A DNA stretch of 63,182 bases, filler included, from Rozella allomycis CSF55 (lineage: Eukaryota), in NCBI GenBank assembly GCA_000442015.1. It is 15 parts of 15 records of this genome, joined end to end, with 100 filler letters (N's around TTAATTAATTAA, not from the genome) between each part and the next. Parts side by side here need not be neighbours in the genome. Positions count along the whole stretch, not along the records: positions 12,176 to 13,445 come from KE560732.1; positions 13,546 to 16,060 come from KE560733.1; positions 16,161 to 17,221 come from KE560737.1; positions 17,322 to 24,755 come from KE560739.1; 11 more parts are not named here. One strand, given 5' to 3'. Under the pieces are notes generated by a model. That model was not told the origin of the DNA. It saw only the letters and a program-made list of their open reading frames with translations, and ran no database searches. Position numbers and translations under genes: made by a program. Positions 12,176 to 24,855 of the stretch are shown one piece after another (position 1 is the first letter of the stretch; every line of letters starts with the position of its first letter).

Positions 12176-13445
12176 GAGTTTCTACATTTAGCAATTTTTG
12201 ATTTAGATATAGATTGAGATTTACGTGGATGTTGAAGAGGAGCCAAGGAATCTTCCAATTTTGATGGTACAGTCTGGTTCTGGGAAAGAACATCAATTTT
12301 CAAAGGTAAATTCAATTCAATTTTTGATTTAGATTTAAATTTAGATTTAGATGTCTGTTGAAGAGAAGCAATGGAATCTTCCACATTTGAAAGGACAGGT
12401 TGATTCTGAGGAAGAACATCGATTTCCAAAGGTAGATTCGATTCAATTTTTGATTTAGATAGAGATTTAGATGGATTTTGAAAGGCAACCATAGAATTAT
12501 TTAAATGTTTATGAATAAAATGATTCTGGGATTGAACATCGTTTGCTGCATAAGATTCCCGACTGCAATCGACCACCGGTAAGTTCATTTCTGAAATTAA
12601 TTTAGATTGAGATAAATTTAAACGAGTCTCTTTAGAGTGAAATGGATGCTGAAGAGGATCCATGAAATTTTCCGTACTTGTATAAACGGGTTGACTCTGG
12701 AAACCATCGTTTGTCAAAGGTAGATTCATTTCAATGTTTGATTTAGATGAGGATAAAGATGGATGTTGAAGAGGATCCATAAAATTTTCTGGAGTTGAAA
12801 GAACAGGTTGATTCTGGAAGAAAACATCGTTTTTAAAAGGTAGATCCATTTTTGATTTAAATAAAGATTTAGATGAATTTTGAAAAGGAGCCATAGTATT
12901 ATTTAAGTATTTATGAATAGATTGATTCTGAGATTGATCATTATTTGCTTCTGAAGATGGATGACTACAGTCCACCACAGGTAAGTTCATTTTTGGATTT
13001 AATTTAGAGTGAAGCAAATTTAAAAGAGTCTCTTTAGAATGAAGTGGATGTTGAAGATTCATGGANATTCATGGAATTTTCCAAATTTGTAAGAACAGCT
13101 TGATTCTGGAATAGAACATTGTTTTCCAAAGGTATGTCTATTTTCCTTTTTGATTTAGATATTAACATAGATGGATGTTGAAGAGGAGCCATGAAATCTT
13201 CCAAATCTATAAGGACAGGTTGATTTTGGAGATGACTATCGTCTTTCAAAGGTAGATCCATGTCAATTTTTGATTTAGATGTAGATAATGATGGATGTTC
13301 AAGAGGGCCAATGAAATTTTTCAAACTTGTAAGGATAGATTCACCTTGCGATCTATCATCATTAAAATCAGAGGATGAATGGTCTTTTTGAACACTTTCT
13401 CTCAGAGGTTGGTCTAGTATGGATTGTATATTTTTCAATCCGTTC
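12176..13445 (-). CDS. Internal fragment of a tandem-repeat protein (~40-44 aa units)
   Basis: Recurring LQHPSxSxSKSKIxMNLPLxxDVxxQNQPVLxxxExxMxP; two ORFs joined at a single N; bounded by gaps. Confidence 0.65.
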
Positions 13446-13545
13446 NNNNNNNNNNNNNNNNNNNNNNNNNNNNNNNNNNNNNNNNNNNNTTAATTAATTA
13501 ANNNNNNNNNNNNNNNNNNNNNNNNNNNNNNNNNNNNNNNNNNNN

Positions 13546-14164
13546 CTATCCGAAGAAGTCATAAAGAACGCTGAATCCATAAAAGTACAAAGTTAATATT
13601 TAATTTTAAGAGATGTTTAAAAAGCGAGCGACGGCCCCATTTCCAAATAAATTTCTTGATGTGATGAAAGCAAAAAGCGAAGACAAATCTATAGAAGCCT
13701 TACAGAAATATTCTCACGGCCCATTTATGGTATCAGAAAATTTTAAAACTAAATTCTAGCCTCGTCATAAAGTTGAATCCTTAAAAAATAAAGGAACAGT
13801 ACTAACCTTGAGAATGATGGATGATTATGATAAAAATGAGATGATCCGTGAAGAACATAGAATGGACAAAATTATGAGAAGTAAGAATATCCCGACTTCA
13901 AGAGTTAGTTTCAACAGATCCATTCGTAGTTGGAACAGTTGTTAAAAAGGACGCACTGAATGCAGGATTCTTGGATCCCGGTCCTTATGAAAAGATGCGA
14001 TATGGAAGCGAGTAAATTTATTTATACCTACATATAGAACATTCAGAGACATTAAGACATCAATGAATGTGGCGAAAAAGGTAATTTTGAAACATATTTA
14101 AAGAAAGGATTTTTGTGGAATAGTGCCACCAATAGAGTTATTTGACAATTACAAAAAGCAATAA
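13546..14164 (+). CDS. Hypothetical spliced protein, 3' part
   Basis: Short open exons separated by ~26-30 nt GT-AG introns (e.g. ...AGFLDPGPYEKMRYG..., ending ELFDNYKKQ*). Confidence 0.5.
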
Positions 14165-14188
14165 CTTTATAATAAAATCTAAAGTTTT

Positions 14189-15001
14189 TTATCGAGCATT
14201 GCTTGTGTTAGACCAATCTTCAACATGCTCAAAAGCGATTACATGTTCCTTTTTAACTTTTTCCCATCGACTGACGTCAAAAAAGATGAAAGTTCCCCGC
14301 TCCATATTAGGGGTTTTCGCTGTTAATTCCACACTTGGATCCTTCATGAACCATAATTTAAGTTCTTTATGGTACTTCCACGATCGTTGATGCCTAATCG
14401 TATCTCAAATTGCTTTTTACAGTTCATTTGCGGCAGCCTCTTGGAGTGCATCTCTTGGCATGCTATAAAATATGTAAAACAACGTTTCATCCGAGAATGC
14501 GTGAATTTTATGAACAGCAGATGGTGGGGGTTGAACGTTGTAACACGATGGTAGTATATAATCTAAGTTATGCCGTGCATCCGACCAAGGGAGGTGAAAA
14601 GATGTGTGTAAGGGCCTGTTAGTTAATAAAAATGTATGTTACTCTGTTGAATTAATGTTCAATCCTAATGACGATAGATCACAACCTAGTGCAAGCATGT
14701 TCAAATCTTGATCTGTCATTCTAATTACATTCAATAAACCAAGCAATCCGTATCTCTCATTTTTGTCCTATGAAAAAGCGGATTTTCTATTACTCCGGTC
14801 GGTCTTTGCAGAGTAGCAAAATCAGATTCCGATCGTAACGAGCTAGGTTCTGGAGTTTTCAACCCTTCGTAACTTATTAGTGTGTTCAATACCCAAGGAA
14901 GACGCAAAAGAAGGCTGTGACGTTTGTTCCTGCAAGCTATTTTTTAATGTGGGGTTTGTCGAGTTCCATACAGAACTCCATGTTTTGTTAGAATTATTCA
15001 T
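14189..15001 (-). CDS. NOT2: CCR4-NOT complex subunit Not2
   Basis: Spliced minus-strand translation: YGLLGLLNVIRMTDQDLNMLALGCDLSSLGLN; FSDETLFYIFYSMPRDALQEAAANEL; WKYHKELKLWF; ERGTFIFFDVSRWEKVKKE. Missed by the ORF track. Confidence 0.92.
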
Positions 15002-15057
15002 CTATTATTCAAAGTACTAAAATTTACAAAATGTATAATGCAAAAGTGGCTGTGAAT

Positions 15058-16040
15058 TTATTCTGAGATTTCAGGAAATGTATACATTTCTAACGAACGC
15101 AAAAAGCTCTCGTGAATACAGTCCAAGGTCTTTGGAAAGTCGTCGAGAATGATTTGATTCTGATGTTGCCTGCGCAAGTTAGATTGCACAAGAAGTATTC
15201 GAGATTTAACTTGATCAACGGAATTTTGGATTTTATATCGTTCTAGCCATTCATTTATCATATTATCGTGACTATATGTGTCGCTCAATGTTACAAAATA
15301 CGGAATGAAAATCCCGCCTCCTTCGGTTATTATTTTACGTATGGTTTCAACAACCAATTCATTAAAATGTATCCCTTCCAATATTAAGGTTTTCCCGTCT
15401 TTTACACATTTAATCAATTCTTGTTTTAAGCCTATAATGATGAACAAATAATGATACCTTTAGCCACCAATTCACAGTCTTCGCGGAACGATTTCAAGGT
15501 ATCAATGTTCTTTCGTGTCCATAACGGCTCATAAATTTCACTCTATCAAAATGTTATGCGTATTACTTTTTAATTAGGTACAAATATTCTAATGTTACGT
15601 CTGTTTTAATGACGCTTGACAAGTTTAAACGTTCCGCCAACTGCATTGACAGCGCTGATATTCCTGCACATCCGGTAGAACAAATGGCTAAAACGGTTGG
15701 GACCCGATTTTGGTGAAACCGATTATACCAAACCTTATTTAATTACTGTGATAGCAGCTTGTAGTAAGCGAGAGTTTGAGGACGATAACCGAAATCTTCC
15801 AAGTATCTATGCAGTAGGTCTTCCAATCGTTTTTGTGTTATTTCAAATTCTTCCTTGTCAACTAGGAATTTCTTTATCCTCAAAGCAATCTCTATGGCGT
15901 GACTGGACTTTACCTTTGAAAAAACAGTGATTTATCTATACCAAAGTAGCAGTCAATGCCCTACTAATCAAGTATCTTGATAGTATATATGAATGGTCTT
16001 TGGAAAGAAATACTCTGACTTTCACGAAATCATATTTTGA
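15058..16040 (-). CDS. 2-phosphoglycerate-kinase-like P-loop protein with a degenerate Walker A (5' end near gap)
   Basis: SKYDFVKVRVFLSKDHSYILSRYLISRALT; AICSTGCAGISALSMQLAERLNLSSVIKTD; GKTLILEGIH. Confidence 0.75.
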
Positions 16041-16160
16041 GCCAACTCGCATGGACTTGCNNNNNNNNNNNNNNNNNNNNNNNNNNNNNNNNNNNNNNNN
16101 NNNNTTAATTAATTAANNNNNNNNNNNNNNNNNNNNNNNNNNNNNNNNNNNNNNNNNNNN

Positions 16161-17221
16161 AAATGAATTCGGAAGCAACTGTGACTGGCGCAGCAAGACG
16201 AGATATAATAATGCGCCAATTGTGTAAAAACTAGTATAAATAAAGAGTTTTTTATCGAATTGAATTTGTTTATTCATAACTTTCAGATTTTACAGTTATA
16301 ATACTTGAAATTCTTAGCCCTAAACCTGACCCTGAACCTTATTCAAAAAAGTGGATTTTTTGAAAAATGCTTANTGAAAAATACTTATTTAGGCATAATT
16401 ATTAAAAATATGTTGAAACTAGACGTTTTTATTCATGTGATTCATGAATTTCGTAAAAACATNCGTAAAAGCATCAGAAAATTTTTCCAAGTTTTCGTTG
16501 AGTTTAAACATTGTTTTGTTTGTTTCTTGCAACATTGAACTATATTCCGTGTCCTCTCTTTTGCTGTCCGCGTTGGCTAAAGCTACAAGACCATCTTTCA
16601 AAGATTCACCCATGTTCACAATAGCTTGTGAAAGATTAACTTTTTCCTTTTTGCGGTCCAATGAGGGGGTAGCTATTAATGGAGGTTCACTGGTGGGTCC
16701 AAAGGCATATGATGATTGCGATGCCATTTCATACAAATCGTATCCTGCTTGTCCAAGATCCGATGCTCCTAATCCATCCCTGCCTTCAAAGTATTGCACC
16801 ATAATATTCCACAAAGGTGGTTCAGGTCCAATGCTTCGATTTCCTGTTTTTGCCAATTCAGCTTTGTGTTTTTGATACGACGACTTTGCACTTTGCTGCA
16901 CCGAATTTGTTTTTCATTTGCTTGACGGTTACAGAGGAATAAAATGATTTGTTAAATTCTTCCAATATATTATTCCACGTTTTTTGAACCTTTTTGCGAT
17001 CTTTACTGTCTAAAAACTCATCGCAATATTTCTCCAATCGTAAATGCAAAAGAAGTTCAAGTTGTTCATCAGTCCATATATGATTTTTGGTTTGGGGGTG
17101 TCACTTTCATATTCATCACCTGAACGAACTCTTTTCACCATAAAAATAACAAGGGATAACTTTGAAGAAAATTTTATTTACAGGGGTAGATTTCACAATT
17201 TGCGACTTCTCAGTTGAAGTA
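16161..17221. mobile_element. Degenerate PIF/Harbinger element: nuclease C-terminus (+) convergent with a frameshifted Myb/SANT-like gene (-)
   Basis: Plus strand ...GAARRDIIMRQLCKN*; minus strand IWTDEQLELLLHLR...WNNILEEFN...VKQMKNKF...LAKTGN, broken by frameshifts near 17090 and 16900. Confidence 0.7.
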
Positions 17222-17321
17222 NNNNNNNNNNNNNNNNNNNNNNNNNNNNNNNNNNNNNNNNNNNNTTAATTAATTAANNNNNNNNNNNNNNNNNNNNNNN
17301 NNNNNNNNNNNNNNNNNNNNN

Positions 17322-20280
17322 GTATTTCTGATTTTTTATCTCTCGGGTATCTTTATTTAAAGTATCCAAAGGTACGTTTAAATTGGTGATATCCGCAGCT
17401 ATAGTTGAATCTAATTCTTTTATCCAGTCAATATTTTCATCATCCAAGGTATAATCAATCTTAATTTTAGAAATTATTTTTCTTGCTCTTCTTCCTCTGA
17501 AAAATGCTTGAATCTTGGATGCGGCTTTGTGTTGCTTTTCAAGAATATGAAAGTACCTCTTTTTAAGAATAAATTTCCATCTTTGTTGAATAAAAATTAC
17601 CACTATTCATAAAGAGTCGAATTATTACTATTCTTTGTTTTTTTGAAAGATAACCTANTCTTGGATGCAGCTCTGTGTTGCTTTTCAAGAATATGAAAGT
17701 ATCTCTTTTTAAGAATAAATTTCGATCTTTGTTGAATGAAAATTACCACTATTCATAAAGAGTCGAATTATTTACTATTTTTTGTATTTTTGAAAGATAA
17801 CCTAAATGGTTCTGCACGATACCAACTTTGCAATCTAATTGCCGCCAGTTTCATTATTTCATTCTTAAGGTATTCTATGGTATCCAATGCAATAAATCTT
17901 TTAAGGGTGAATGTATCTTTTACTCTTGTTTATCAATGGACTTGCAAATATTAATGACATTCGTTAAAGACGATATGGACTTGTCTACATCATTCATTTG
18001 ATTATGTGAGACTTCATTTATCAATGTTGACTCAGTGGCATCTAAAATGTCAAAAGAAAGTTCCTTGAAGGTTTGACTCTTGTTGTTAAATTGCTGAACA
18101 ATCGTTAACGCTTTCTGAAAATATTTGACACAATGAAATGATAAAACATTTGACTTTACAGGATTTTGATTGTTTAAAATTTTCAAGTTTGGAAATAAAC
18201 TTGACAGAATGATAAATGAGTCATCTTTAACCATTATTGGATTTCTATTCAAGATGAGACATTCTAGTTTATTGCTTGCAATTAGGCCAGATATGTTATC
18301 AATGGTATCAATTAAATTATCAGCCAATGAAATAAATTTAAGATTTGGCAAGAAGCAATCCATCTGTTTAATTTTATTCCCATCCAAGTTGACCCTGGTC
18401 AATGAAAAATTGCAAACATTGAATTTTCTCTTGAGAATAATTTGAAAACCTTACTTTAAACTATTTCCTTTCAAATTTAAAAGGTTTAAATAAAAGGGAA
18501 TTTGAATTTCAATAATTTTGTTATAGTCCGCGTTTAATTGAAGCAATGAATATAGACTTGTAAGGTTTAATGCTTCTAAATCATTATTTGAAAGATCCAA
18601 AGCTAAAAGATTTGCATTCTTAATAGAAAATGATTGAATCTCTAATTTTACAAAGGAAATGAATAGTACTTTATTGCTTCTCAAATTCATGATAGTATTT
18701 GAACATTCTTCAGTTAAAGAAAACATGCAATTTCTAACATTAAGAAAAGCTGAATCCAAATGTAAAGATTCAATAGTGGAATTAATAAAGGAAGCGACAA
18801 TCGATTTTATTCCAGTTGAAACTTTAGAATTCAATAAATCAAAACAAATTAAAAATTACTTTTAATGAAATAAATTTCAACTTGTTTGTTTCATAATCAA
18901 AAGAAATGTTTTGGCCAAATATAATTTCAACTTTCGGGAAGAAATCAAGATAGTTCAAATTTTAGCAAACGAAATAAAATTACCATTGAAGAATTTGCGA
19001 GGAGTAAATTTTGATTTCCATCAATTGTTAAAACTTTAGTTTCTTTCCAAATATTCTGTTCAATTCCCACAAACTCTTTCAAATCATTAAGTTCTTTTTC
19101 TTTCTGCCTCCTTTCAGCTTCTTTTTGTAAATTTTTCATCTTTAATTTATCTTTTAAAATTTCTATCTCTTCATTAATTATCTTAATTTCATTCATTCTC
19201 AAATATTCGTCTTCTCTTGCCTGACGCAACCTTTTAGTCAATGCGTTATTCTTAAATGATTCATTGTCTATTAATAACTTCAATTCATCATTTTGCTTTT
19301 TTAAGGATGCTAGATGTATTTTATTCTTTTCAATTCTCTTTCCTTTTTCCTTTTTGAATGAATCGACTCTTGTAAAGTAATCTCCTAGTTTTTGATATTC
19401 ATTCCAAATCATTATAACTAAATTTTGATAATTTATCCTAATTTCATTCAATTTCCTTTTTGTTTTTTCAAATCTTTCAACTGAAACATCTATCTGAGCC
19501 TTGAGATTGATTATAGTGTCACTGAAAAGTTCCATTGACTGTTTAAATTTTTCAATGTTTCTTCGTTTTTCAGAGACGCTATAAAGTAAATTAGAAAGTT
19601 CCAGTTTTAGGTTTTCATATTCCTCAAATTGCGTATCATCACCATTCGACATTGATTTTTCATTTACTGATTCAAATAGAATATTAACACTATCAATTTT
19701 CAAATCTATTTCATTAATATTTGCAGATATCTTTCTTGTTTCAAGATCCTTCATTCGTTTCTCTAATTCGATTTCAGCATCTTTAAGATCTTCTAATTTT
19801 TCTTCCTTGGAAGTTTTTAATTTAACAGTGAAGAGATTCTTCAATTTCTGCTTCAAAGCTCCTAGAAACCTATTAAAAGTAAATTCATATACATTACGAT
19901 TTTCCTTCACTTTTTTCTGTTTTCACAATCTTTGGTGGCTCCTCTTCAATAAACTTAAAATCTTTATGTAAAATATTGTTTTCATTTTCTATCAGTTTGG
20001 ATTCTACATCCAAATCATCATTTGTCACATTCGCTTCATCAATGTCAAAAACCTTTCGAAATCTTTCAGCCCTCTCTTTGGCTTGCTCACATTCAATATC
20101 AACAATTTGATGAAAATCATTCAACGAAGAAAAAGAATCACTTGATACTTCCTCCACTTCATCTTCTCCCGTATCATCTTCATTATCCTGGAAATTCATC
20201 TCCCTTCTCGCCCGTTCAAGTTCTTGCAAGACTATCTCGTCCAGCTGTTCCTCTCCCAATATTTTCCCGTAACTCTGCAT
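17322..20280 (-). CDS. Coiled-coil, leucine-rich-repeat and IQ-motif protein (LRRIQ1/CEP97-like), 3' end in gap
   Basis: Acidic N-terminus, long coiled coil, LRRs (LALDLSNNDLEAL, LKFISLADNLI, LILNRNPI) and IQ motifs (AASKIQAFFRGRRARK). Confidence 0.75.
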
Positions 20281-20369
20281 TCGACCAAAATAAACAACAA
20301 TGAAATATTTAAACGGAAACTGGAAACATAAACAATGGACAATTTCTATCCCAAGCCACGTCAATTGTA

Positions 20370-21510
20370 ATGGAACAGTTATATCCATATCAAGCCATAT
20401 TAACCAACACGCATGACCAAATCCAGACATGCACCGATAAAGTATGACATTGTTTCAACCTTTAAATAGCTTGGTATCGCTGTTGGACAACTGGTACATG
20501 CACTTGAAGGATATGACGACGTCTTAAAGATATCATCTCACGAACAAGTAACGTGAAACATATTTTTGCATCAGAACTGCCAGTTTATCACTGACGAAAA
20601 AATGTCAAGTGTTTTATACTGGGTTTCCAAGAGGATGGAACCGACTGTCGAGCATTATCTTGCTAAACTTGATCAATACATTAATGATCTAAAGGAAGAA
20701 TACGATGAACTGAGTGAAAAAGTAACATGAACTGGATTACGCAATAAGGAAAAGGCTCGATCCGTTGCATCGAAGCTTGATCATGCCAAGGACATGGAAA
20801 CAAAACAACACGAATATGATAGAATACATGCCATTCGGTTACATAAAGAAGAAGAACTTAAAAGACTTGATGAACAATTATATTCGATGGTACTTTTATA
20901 ACTAGATTTACGATTAGAATGAATACATGAAAACAGATTTCGAAACAGTTGAAGATGAAGAAATTAATGATTTAAAATTTGAATTGGAAGAAATCAAACT
21001 TCTAATTTCACAACTTAAAGAAGAATCTGTGATATCTGATTCGCATGAAAATTGTAACTAAATATTCTACCATATTATAGCCATCTATGATGATCTTCAA
21101 AAGGAAATAAAAAATAGAATTGGATGGTCAATTGAAAATATTGATACATTTAGCAACTATTTTAATGGAGATCTTGAATCATTAAATGAAATTAATCTTC
21201 AAGATGATAATTTCATAGAGAATTGTGTAAACCAAGTAAATTCATAAAATTCTAAAAATTGTTAAACCAGATGACGTCACAAGATACCATTGAATTAAAT
21301 GAGACCATTTCGAAAATTCAATTGTTATCAAATGTACTTTTTGAAGAAGAATATGCCATTCGAATAATTTCAATTCTGAAAAATTATTTCGGAATTTCTC
21401 CAGTAAAGTCTATTTTTTGTAAAGATTCTAAGATCACAAACTTTGACATGAACAGTCAAGAATGCATTGATTGCATTAATTATTTAAAAGATAAGAATAT
21501 TATAAATTGA
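20370..21510 (+). CDS. Spliced coiled-coil protein; N-terminal half weakly resembles DASH subunit Spc19
   Basis: Exons joined by short introns; segment MEPTVEHYLAKLDQYINDLKEEYDELSEK. Confidence 0.5.
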
Positions 21511-21800
21511 TTTGAATGTATCTGTTTATTTCTGGGGCTGAGTTTCATGACTTGTTCGACCAATGAAAAGTTTCCAACCTCATAACCAGGGTCTCAGAAC
21601 GCCCCCGAAGGCGCACTTTTCTTCCCACTTTTTGCTTTATTTTTCATATTATATTTATAGAGGTACGTTAAATATCCTATTTTGTGTGTTTTTGAGACTT
21701 TGGACAGACCTACGTGTGAGGCTTATGTCGTACGCCCAGCGCGTCTGTCCAAGGTTTATAGATGAATTTTAGGCTTTTTAAGCAAAAATATTAATATTAG

Positions 21801-23629
21801 ATGAATCCAAATATACAAAATCAAATTCTACCGCAAATAGAATCACAATTTCCTCTGATCCTTCCTCCGACATCTTCGATTAAAATGCCAGATGTTACAG
21901 AATTGAAGAAGATCACGGATAAAGTTTCAGATTTAACTGAGCCGATTTCAGAAGATTTAATTAAATCAATTTTACCTGAACTCCGCACACTTTCAGAGCA
22001 GTCCAAAGATAGATACCAGCTAGTTTATTCACAGTTCCAGAAAATAGAATCATGGGTTAGTTTGCAAATGAAAGGAGATGTGAATGAAGCATTACCAATT
22101 CTTGAAGCTGAACTAGAGGCGCGCAAGGAGCAGGGTAAAGACATAAACAATTAGTCATCAAGTAGATAAAAAGGAAAAGGAAGAAAAAGAAGTGAAAAGA
22201 ATCAAAGTTGAGATACCTTCAAGTTTCACCCAGACACAATCATTCCAAAAGATTGGGCAGAGTGGACCACAGATGTCGGCGTTTCCCATAACACCTGGAA
22301 CGGAATATCAGATATCCAATAATTCTAAAGTGCATTCCACGCCAACCAGGGTGGTGCCGAAAGCCCCTGATAAAATTATCACTAATTTTGATGATAAAAG
22401 TTCTAATGGATCTGTCGCGACCACTGATAAAATTTCAGTGGGAAGCACCGTCAAGATAAAATTTCTTCCACCAAAACCCAAACCAGAATCAAAAGTAAGC
22501 GTCGATTTTATGTTAGAATAGAATTCCAAGAACAAAGCAAATTTAAAGGAGAGAAGTTATAAAACAATTTCGCCTATTGAAGATGCAAGCAAACCTAAAA
22601 ATCAAATACCGATTTCTGTGTTTTGGAGTTATGCGGAACCATATTTTAGACCGTTGACTGAAAACGATTTGAAAAATTTGGAAACCAAAGTAAAAATAAT
22701 GAAGTTGATTAAATTGCAGATTACGGATAACCCAATGTTTAATGAAATAGCAGATGTGGATCCTAGTCTACAAACAAGATCAGGATCAGGATGGGGCATA
22801 AATGAATTGGAGACACCTGAAAGCCAGTCTCATGAAGGTAGTCCATCGGGAGTTAAAGTGAGTGATCAAGTTGTTGCAAAGCGTTTCGGTCCATTGACTG
22901 AACGATTGCTGGCAGCGTTTGTTGATGAAAGAGATGACGACCAAGAAGTTGAGATGGGTGAAGATGAGTCTATGGATATTGATGAAGAAACAATTGATGA
23001 TGATGATTCTACAATAAATGAAGAAAATGTGAGATCTGAGCTTTTGATTAACCAAATCGTAGATGAAGATGTCGATGTTGCAGTTCAAAGGGAAGATGAT
23101 GAAATCTGTGCAGAAATAAGGGCTATTCAAGCAAAGTTAAAAAAGCAACGTGCTGTTAATTCTTACAGAAGAAATAAATTGTTCGAAGCAGCTAGGCGTT
23201 ACATGGTCCTTCAAGACTTTTTACATGTTCTAGAAGAAATGGATAAGCAAATAGATCTTGGATTCACAAAGCGACTCGTAATGATTTAAGTATTAAATTA
23301 TAACTTAGAAAGCTAAAAAGAAAAAGAAAGCTACATCGTTTCCAATGAATTCCAAAGACAAACAGTCTTTGCAGCCAACTGTCAACATTAACATTTTGGC
23401 TGAAAAAAGAAGACTTTTGATTCGAAAGTTTAAAAATATCGTTCCTAAAAGCGAAGAGTTACTTTGTTTAAAGCATTCATTATTCCACGAAGAAGAAATG
23501 AAGACATTTGTCGAGCAAAGACTTGGCGAAACTAATGATCTTTCTTCTCTTCCTGAAATTCCTCTCAAACTACCTGCTCCCTTTCGCGTCCCCGTTGCCA
23601 TTTTTCCTGATTCGACCCTTAAAAACTGA
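21801..23629 (+). CDS. ADA3: SAGA/ADA histone acetyltransferase subunit Ada3 (Ngg1)
   Basis: NQIPISVFWSYAEPYFRPLTENDL; GPLTERLLAAF; REDDEICAEIRAIQAKLK; multi-exon. Confidence 0.9.
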
Positions 23630-23680
23630 TTGTAAAATAAAAAATAATCATTTCTTTTGAAAGCGAATCTTTATTAATTT

Positions 23681-24755
23681 TTAGCCATCAGTAAATCTGT
23701 AAACTTCAACGCAGCCTACTTGGAATGTCCTTTTTGATTCACCACATAAAGGCTCATTTTCAAATGTNCATTTCTTTTGAAAGCGAATCTTTATTAATTT
23801 TAGCCATCAGTAAATCTGTAAACTTCAACACCTCCAACTTGGAATGTCCTTTTTGATTCACCACATAAAGGCTCATTTTCAAATGTAGCGCTCCTTGAAC
23901 TTGCTGTCATTGTTAAATCATAATTCAGCCAAATTGCATTACCTTCTCTACATTAAACTAATACAAAACCATTACCCACCTGCTCCAACAGAAAAATAAT
24001 CAATGGCACCCATAATAAACGATGAATCAGCATCTTCATCCTCTTTAATACACCACTTATATTGCGCCGCTTTGGGTTTCAAACTAAATACAAAAACTTC
24101 CCCTTGTCCATGGTATTTCTTTGAATCACGTTGAGACATTGCAGTAGTCAAAAATGCTCCAAATACATGTCCCTCCAATGTTTCTACAATTAGCAAAAGC
24201 GGTTCTTCATCCCCACATTTTTCATATAAAGTGTTTAAATTATGTCCATGTTCTCTTGTTGTAAATACCAAGTCAAGATTCAACAGTCGAAATCGCGCTG
24301 GCACCCTCGATCACAAGAATAATATCAACTTACCATTTCCAAATGTGCATCCAATTATCAGCATCTACGCATGCGGAAGATTTTGATAAATGCGGGAGCG
24401 GTCTGAAAAATGCATGGCTCTCAACGGCGCTAGATGTAGGCATTGAATTTCGTTTAGTTTTCTGTCTTATTTGGTCTATTAAAGTCCTTGAAATGTTGAA
24501 ATTATANACGCATGCAGAAGATTTAGATAAATGCGGGAGCGGTCTGAAAAAAGCATGACTCTCAACGGCGCTAGATGTAGGCATCGAATTTCGTTTCGTT
24601 TTCTGTCTTATTTGGTCTATTAAAGTCCTTGAAATGTTGAAATTATANAACATGTCCCTCCAACGTTTCTACAATGAGCAAAAGCGGCTCTTCATCCCCG
24701 CATTTTTCATATAGGGTGTTTAAATTGTGTCCATGTTCTCTTGTTGTAAATACCA
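23681..24755 (-). CDS. TLDc-domain protein (Oxr1/TBC1D24-like C-terminus), with assembly-duplicated segments
   Basis: LVFTTREHGHNLNTLY; GHVFGAF; HGQGEVFVF; FSVGAGG; SATFENEPL. Confidence 0.85.
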
Positions 24756-24855
24756 NNNNNNNNNNNNNNNNNNNNNNNNNNNNNNNNNNNNNNNNNNNNT
24801 TAATTAATTAANNNNNNNNNNNNNNNNNNNNNNNNNNNNNNNNNNNNNNNNNNNN

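Noticed and set aside
23649..24755. Short direct duplications around single Ns (also near 17638, 25461, 41705, 43612, 60880)
   Set aside because: Near-identical copies joined at an N indicate unmerged contigs or alleles, not biological repeats.
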